This document shows positions 62,060 through 64,000 of a stretch of 64,000 nt of DNA, piece after piece; positions within the stretch are counted from its first letter, which is position 1, and each line of letters opens with the position of its first letter. The stretch is taken from NCBI GenBank assembly GCA_963827655.1, contig CAWHCF010000046.1, positions 96,001 through 160,000 on the forward strand, written 5' to 3'. Made by a program: the position numbers and the translations under genes. The DNA is from an uncultured Acidobacteriota bacterium. GTDB taxonomy: Bacteria; Acidobacteriota; UBA6911. The notes beneath the pieces were generated by a model, which saw nothing but the letters and a program-made list of their open reading frames with translations, was not told the DNA's origin and searched no databases.

Positions 62060-63043
62060 ATGGCGATGAATCCCGACTCATGGGCAAGACGATCGTTCCG
62101 GCCGGCCGGGAGCGGCGCGGCGCCTGGGCTCTCGCGTCGAGCGTTCCTCGCCGGTCTGGCCGCGATCCCGCTTGCCGCCCCTCGTCCGCTCGTGGTCGAC
62201 ACACATATGCACGTCTGGACCAACGATACCGGGCGCTTTCCCTTCGCCCACCCCTACGAACCCAACCTCAAGCTGCCGGCCGTCGCGGGGACGGTCGAGA
62301 TGCTCGTCGAAGAGATGGACCGGCATGCGATCGATTACGCCGTCCTGGTCCAGGTCATTTATTATGGCTGGGACAACCGCTATGTCGTCGAGTGCGTGAA
62401 ACAGCAGCCGCGCCGCTTCCGCGGGCATGGGCTGATCGATCCGACCGACCCGGAGGTTCCCCGGAAGCTCGAATACTGGATGCGCGAACACGGACTCTCG
62501 GGAATGCGCTTCAGCCCGATCTATTACCGGGGCCGGGACGCCTGGATTAACTCGGAACCGCACCACCAGCTCTGGAAGAAGGCCGAGGAGCTGGGGGCCG
62601 TCTTCAACTACTTTATCGCGGCCGATCAGCTCCCGAAGCTCGAAGAGATGCTGGCGCGGCACCCCGCGGTGAAGATCGTGATCGATCACCTGGCCCGGGT
62701 GGACCTCACGAAGCCGGATCCGGCCGAGGAAGTGGCCAAGCTTACGCGCCTGGCTCGGTACCCGAACGTCTGGGTCAAGGTGTCGGAACTCAACATCCTT
62801 TCGCCTTCAAAGAAGTACCCGTATGCGGATATGTTTCCCTGGGTGCGGCGTGTCTACGATGCCTTCGGGCCGGACCGGCTGCTCTGGGGTACCGGGTACC
62901 CGGGCGCAACCCGGGCGCAGGCCGGGCGTCCCTCGCTTGAGCAGGAGCTTGCGCTCGTCCGCCAGGAAATTCCGTTCTTTTCCGCCGAGGATCGGGAGAA
63001 AATCCTCGGCCGAAACGCCGCTGCGCTCTGGAAATTCGCCTGA
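62060..63043 (+). CDS. Tat-exported amidohydrolase (Amidohydro_2)
   Basis: SRRAFL Tat motif, VDTHMHVW, VIDHL, NVWVKVS, FGPDRLLWGT.YP. Confidence 0.9.
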   Translation: MAMNPDSWARRSFRPAGSGAAPGLSRRAFLAGLAAIPLAAPRPLVVDTHMHVWTNDTGRFPFAHPYEPNLKLPAVAGTVEMLVEEMDRHAIDYAVLVQVIYYGWDNRYVVECVKQQPRRFRGHGLIDPTDPEVPRKLEYWMREHGLSGMRFSPIYYRGRDAWINSEPHHQLWKKAEELGAVFNYFIAADQLPKLEEMLARHPAVKIVIDHLARVDLTKPDPAEEVAKLTRLARYPNVWVKVSELNILSPSKKYPYADMFPWVRRVYDAFGPDRLLWGTGYPGATRAQAGRPSLEQELALVRQEIPFFSAEDREKILGRNAAALWKFA

Positions 63044-63101
63044 TCTTGGCGTTTCTTCGTGTCTTTGAGTCTTAGTGGTATTTGTTCCGCAGCGCTAACC
63101 T
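63044..63101. repeat. Palindromic repeat family A
   Basis: tttcttcgtgtctttgagtcttagtggtatttgttccgcagcgctaacc. Confidence 0.85.
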
Positions 63102-63142
63102 GAGAGCCTCGCCCCTGCGCAAACCCAAATCAGGAGAGGACC

Positions 63143-64000
63143 ATGAGGGGGAAAATCGCAATAACCACCACCCTATCCGTCATTGTTGCACTTACGATCC
63201 TGTGTTCGAGCACCCTGCAGATCCCGGCGGCTGCACTCGTCGCGGATAGCGATCGAAGAGACCTTGCCGCGCAAGTCACGATTCGTCGGGATACCTTCGG
63301 CGTTCCTCACCTCCTGGCGCCTACCGAGGAAGCGGCGGCTTTCGGGCAGGGCTACGTTGCCGCGGAGGATCACATCCTTGAGCTGGCACGGTTGTTTGTC
63401 AAAGCACGGAGCGAAGAAGCAGCCTATTTCGGCGAGAAGTTTGCGGAAACCGATTTCGCCGTGAAGGAGCTCCGCATGCGCGAGGGAGCCGAGGAGGGAT
63501 ATGCCAGAATGCCCCCGTGGGTGCAAGTGATCCTGGATGGTTACGCAGCCGGCTACAACCGTTATCTGGAGCAACATCGTTCCGATTTACCGGAATGGGT
63601 GAAGCCGGTCTCGGGAATCGATGTCCTCGCTCATGCTCGGCGCGTCATCCTCATGGAATTCTCGATGGATCTACGGCAGTTGCGGAACATTGGTCAGAGA
63701 GCTGCCGGTCCATCATTCCCCGGCGACCTGCGCGGTTCGAACATGTGGGCCATCGGTAAGGGCAGGTCTGCCTCGCAGAAGGGCATTCTACTCGGTAACC
63801 CGCACCTTTCCTGGAGCGGCTCTCATATTTTCCACGAAGTTCACATCACGGTCCCGGGCAAGGTCAACATCAGCGGGAGCTCTCTCATCGGCACCCCTGG
63901 GGTTGCCATTGGCTTCAATGAGAATCTCGGCTGGTCCCATACGGTGAACCCGCACGATTCGGACGACGTGTACGAGCTGACGCTCGATAATGATCGTCCG
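63143..64000 (+). CDS. Penicillin acylase family (Ntn hydrolase), 3'-truncated by the window edge
   Basis: Not in the ORF track because it has no stop. AGGAG RBS, signal peptide, VTIRRDTFGVPH, in-frame GSNMWAIG at ~63734, LGNPHL.W. Confidence 0.92.
   Translation, partial: MRGKIAITTTLSVIVALTILCSSTLQIPAAALVADSDRRDLAAQVTIRRDTFGVPHLLAPTEEAAAFGQGYVAAEDHILELARLFVKARSEEAAYFGEKFAETDFAVKELRMREGAEEGYARMPPWVQVILDGYAAGYNRYLEQHRSDLPEWVKPVSGIDVLAHARRVILMEFSMDLRQLRNIGQRAAGPSFPGDLRGSNMWAIGKGRSASQKGILLGNPHLSWSGSHIFHEVHITVPGKVNISGSSLIGTPGVAIGFNENLGWSHTVNPHDSDDVYELTLDNDRP

Noticed and set aside
5152-63101. CRISPR array interpretation of the repeats
   Set aside because: Copies are dispersed, degenerate and not regularly spaced; no cas genes.
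1-64000. tRNA, rRNA, riboswitch or selenocysteine/programmed recoding signals
   Set aside because: None recognisable by eye; frameshifts are better explained as consensus errors. A covariance-model scan was not possible.

Overview
GC-rich bacterial chromosomal DNA, most likely Acidobacteriota (inferred from three ADOP-type duplicated permeases plus PadR, an Oar-like TonB receptor with CRTAC1/TPR genes, a kinase-TolB fusion, and a DUF1549/DUF1553 cluster). About 45 genes, mostly carbohydrate/amide catabolism, secreted or membrane proteins and housekeeping enzymes (fabI, tdh, AlkA-like). I saw no rRNA, tRNA or CRISPR array. Many genes are broken by single-base indels, probably long-read consensus error. 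Most notable: (1) a reconstructed signal peptide + Ig-like + 3TM + cytoplasmic TIR receptor at 16055-17914; (2) a dense set of intergenic repeats: a palindromic family with about 16 copies (some inside signal-peptide coding sequence), inverted GATTNNN/NNNAATC heptamer arrays between adjacent genes (one pair encloses a four-helix-bundle gene), a 3-copy MITE with TAA target duplication at two copies, a nested inverted-repeat element and a 192-bp tandem duplication; (3) a decayed island with a nucleotidyltransferase pair and recombinase/MazF fragments. All calls come from reading motifs by eye; no database search was run.
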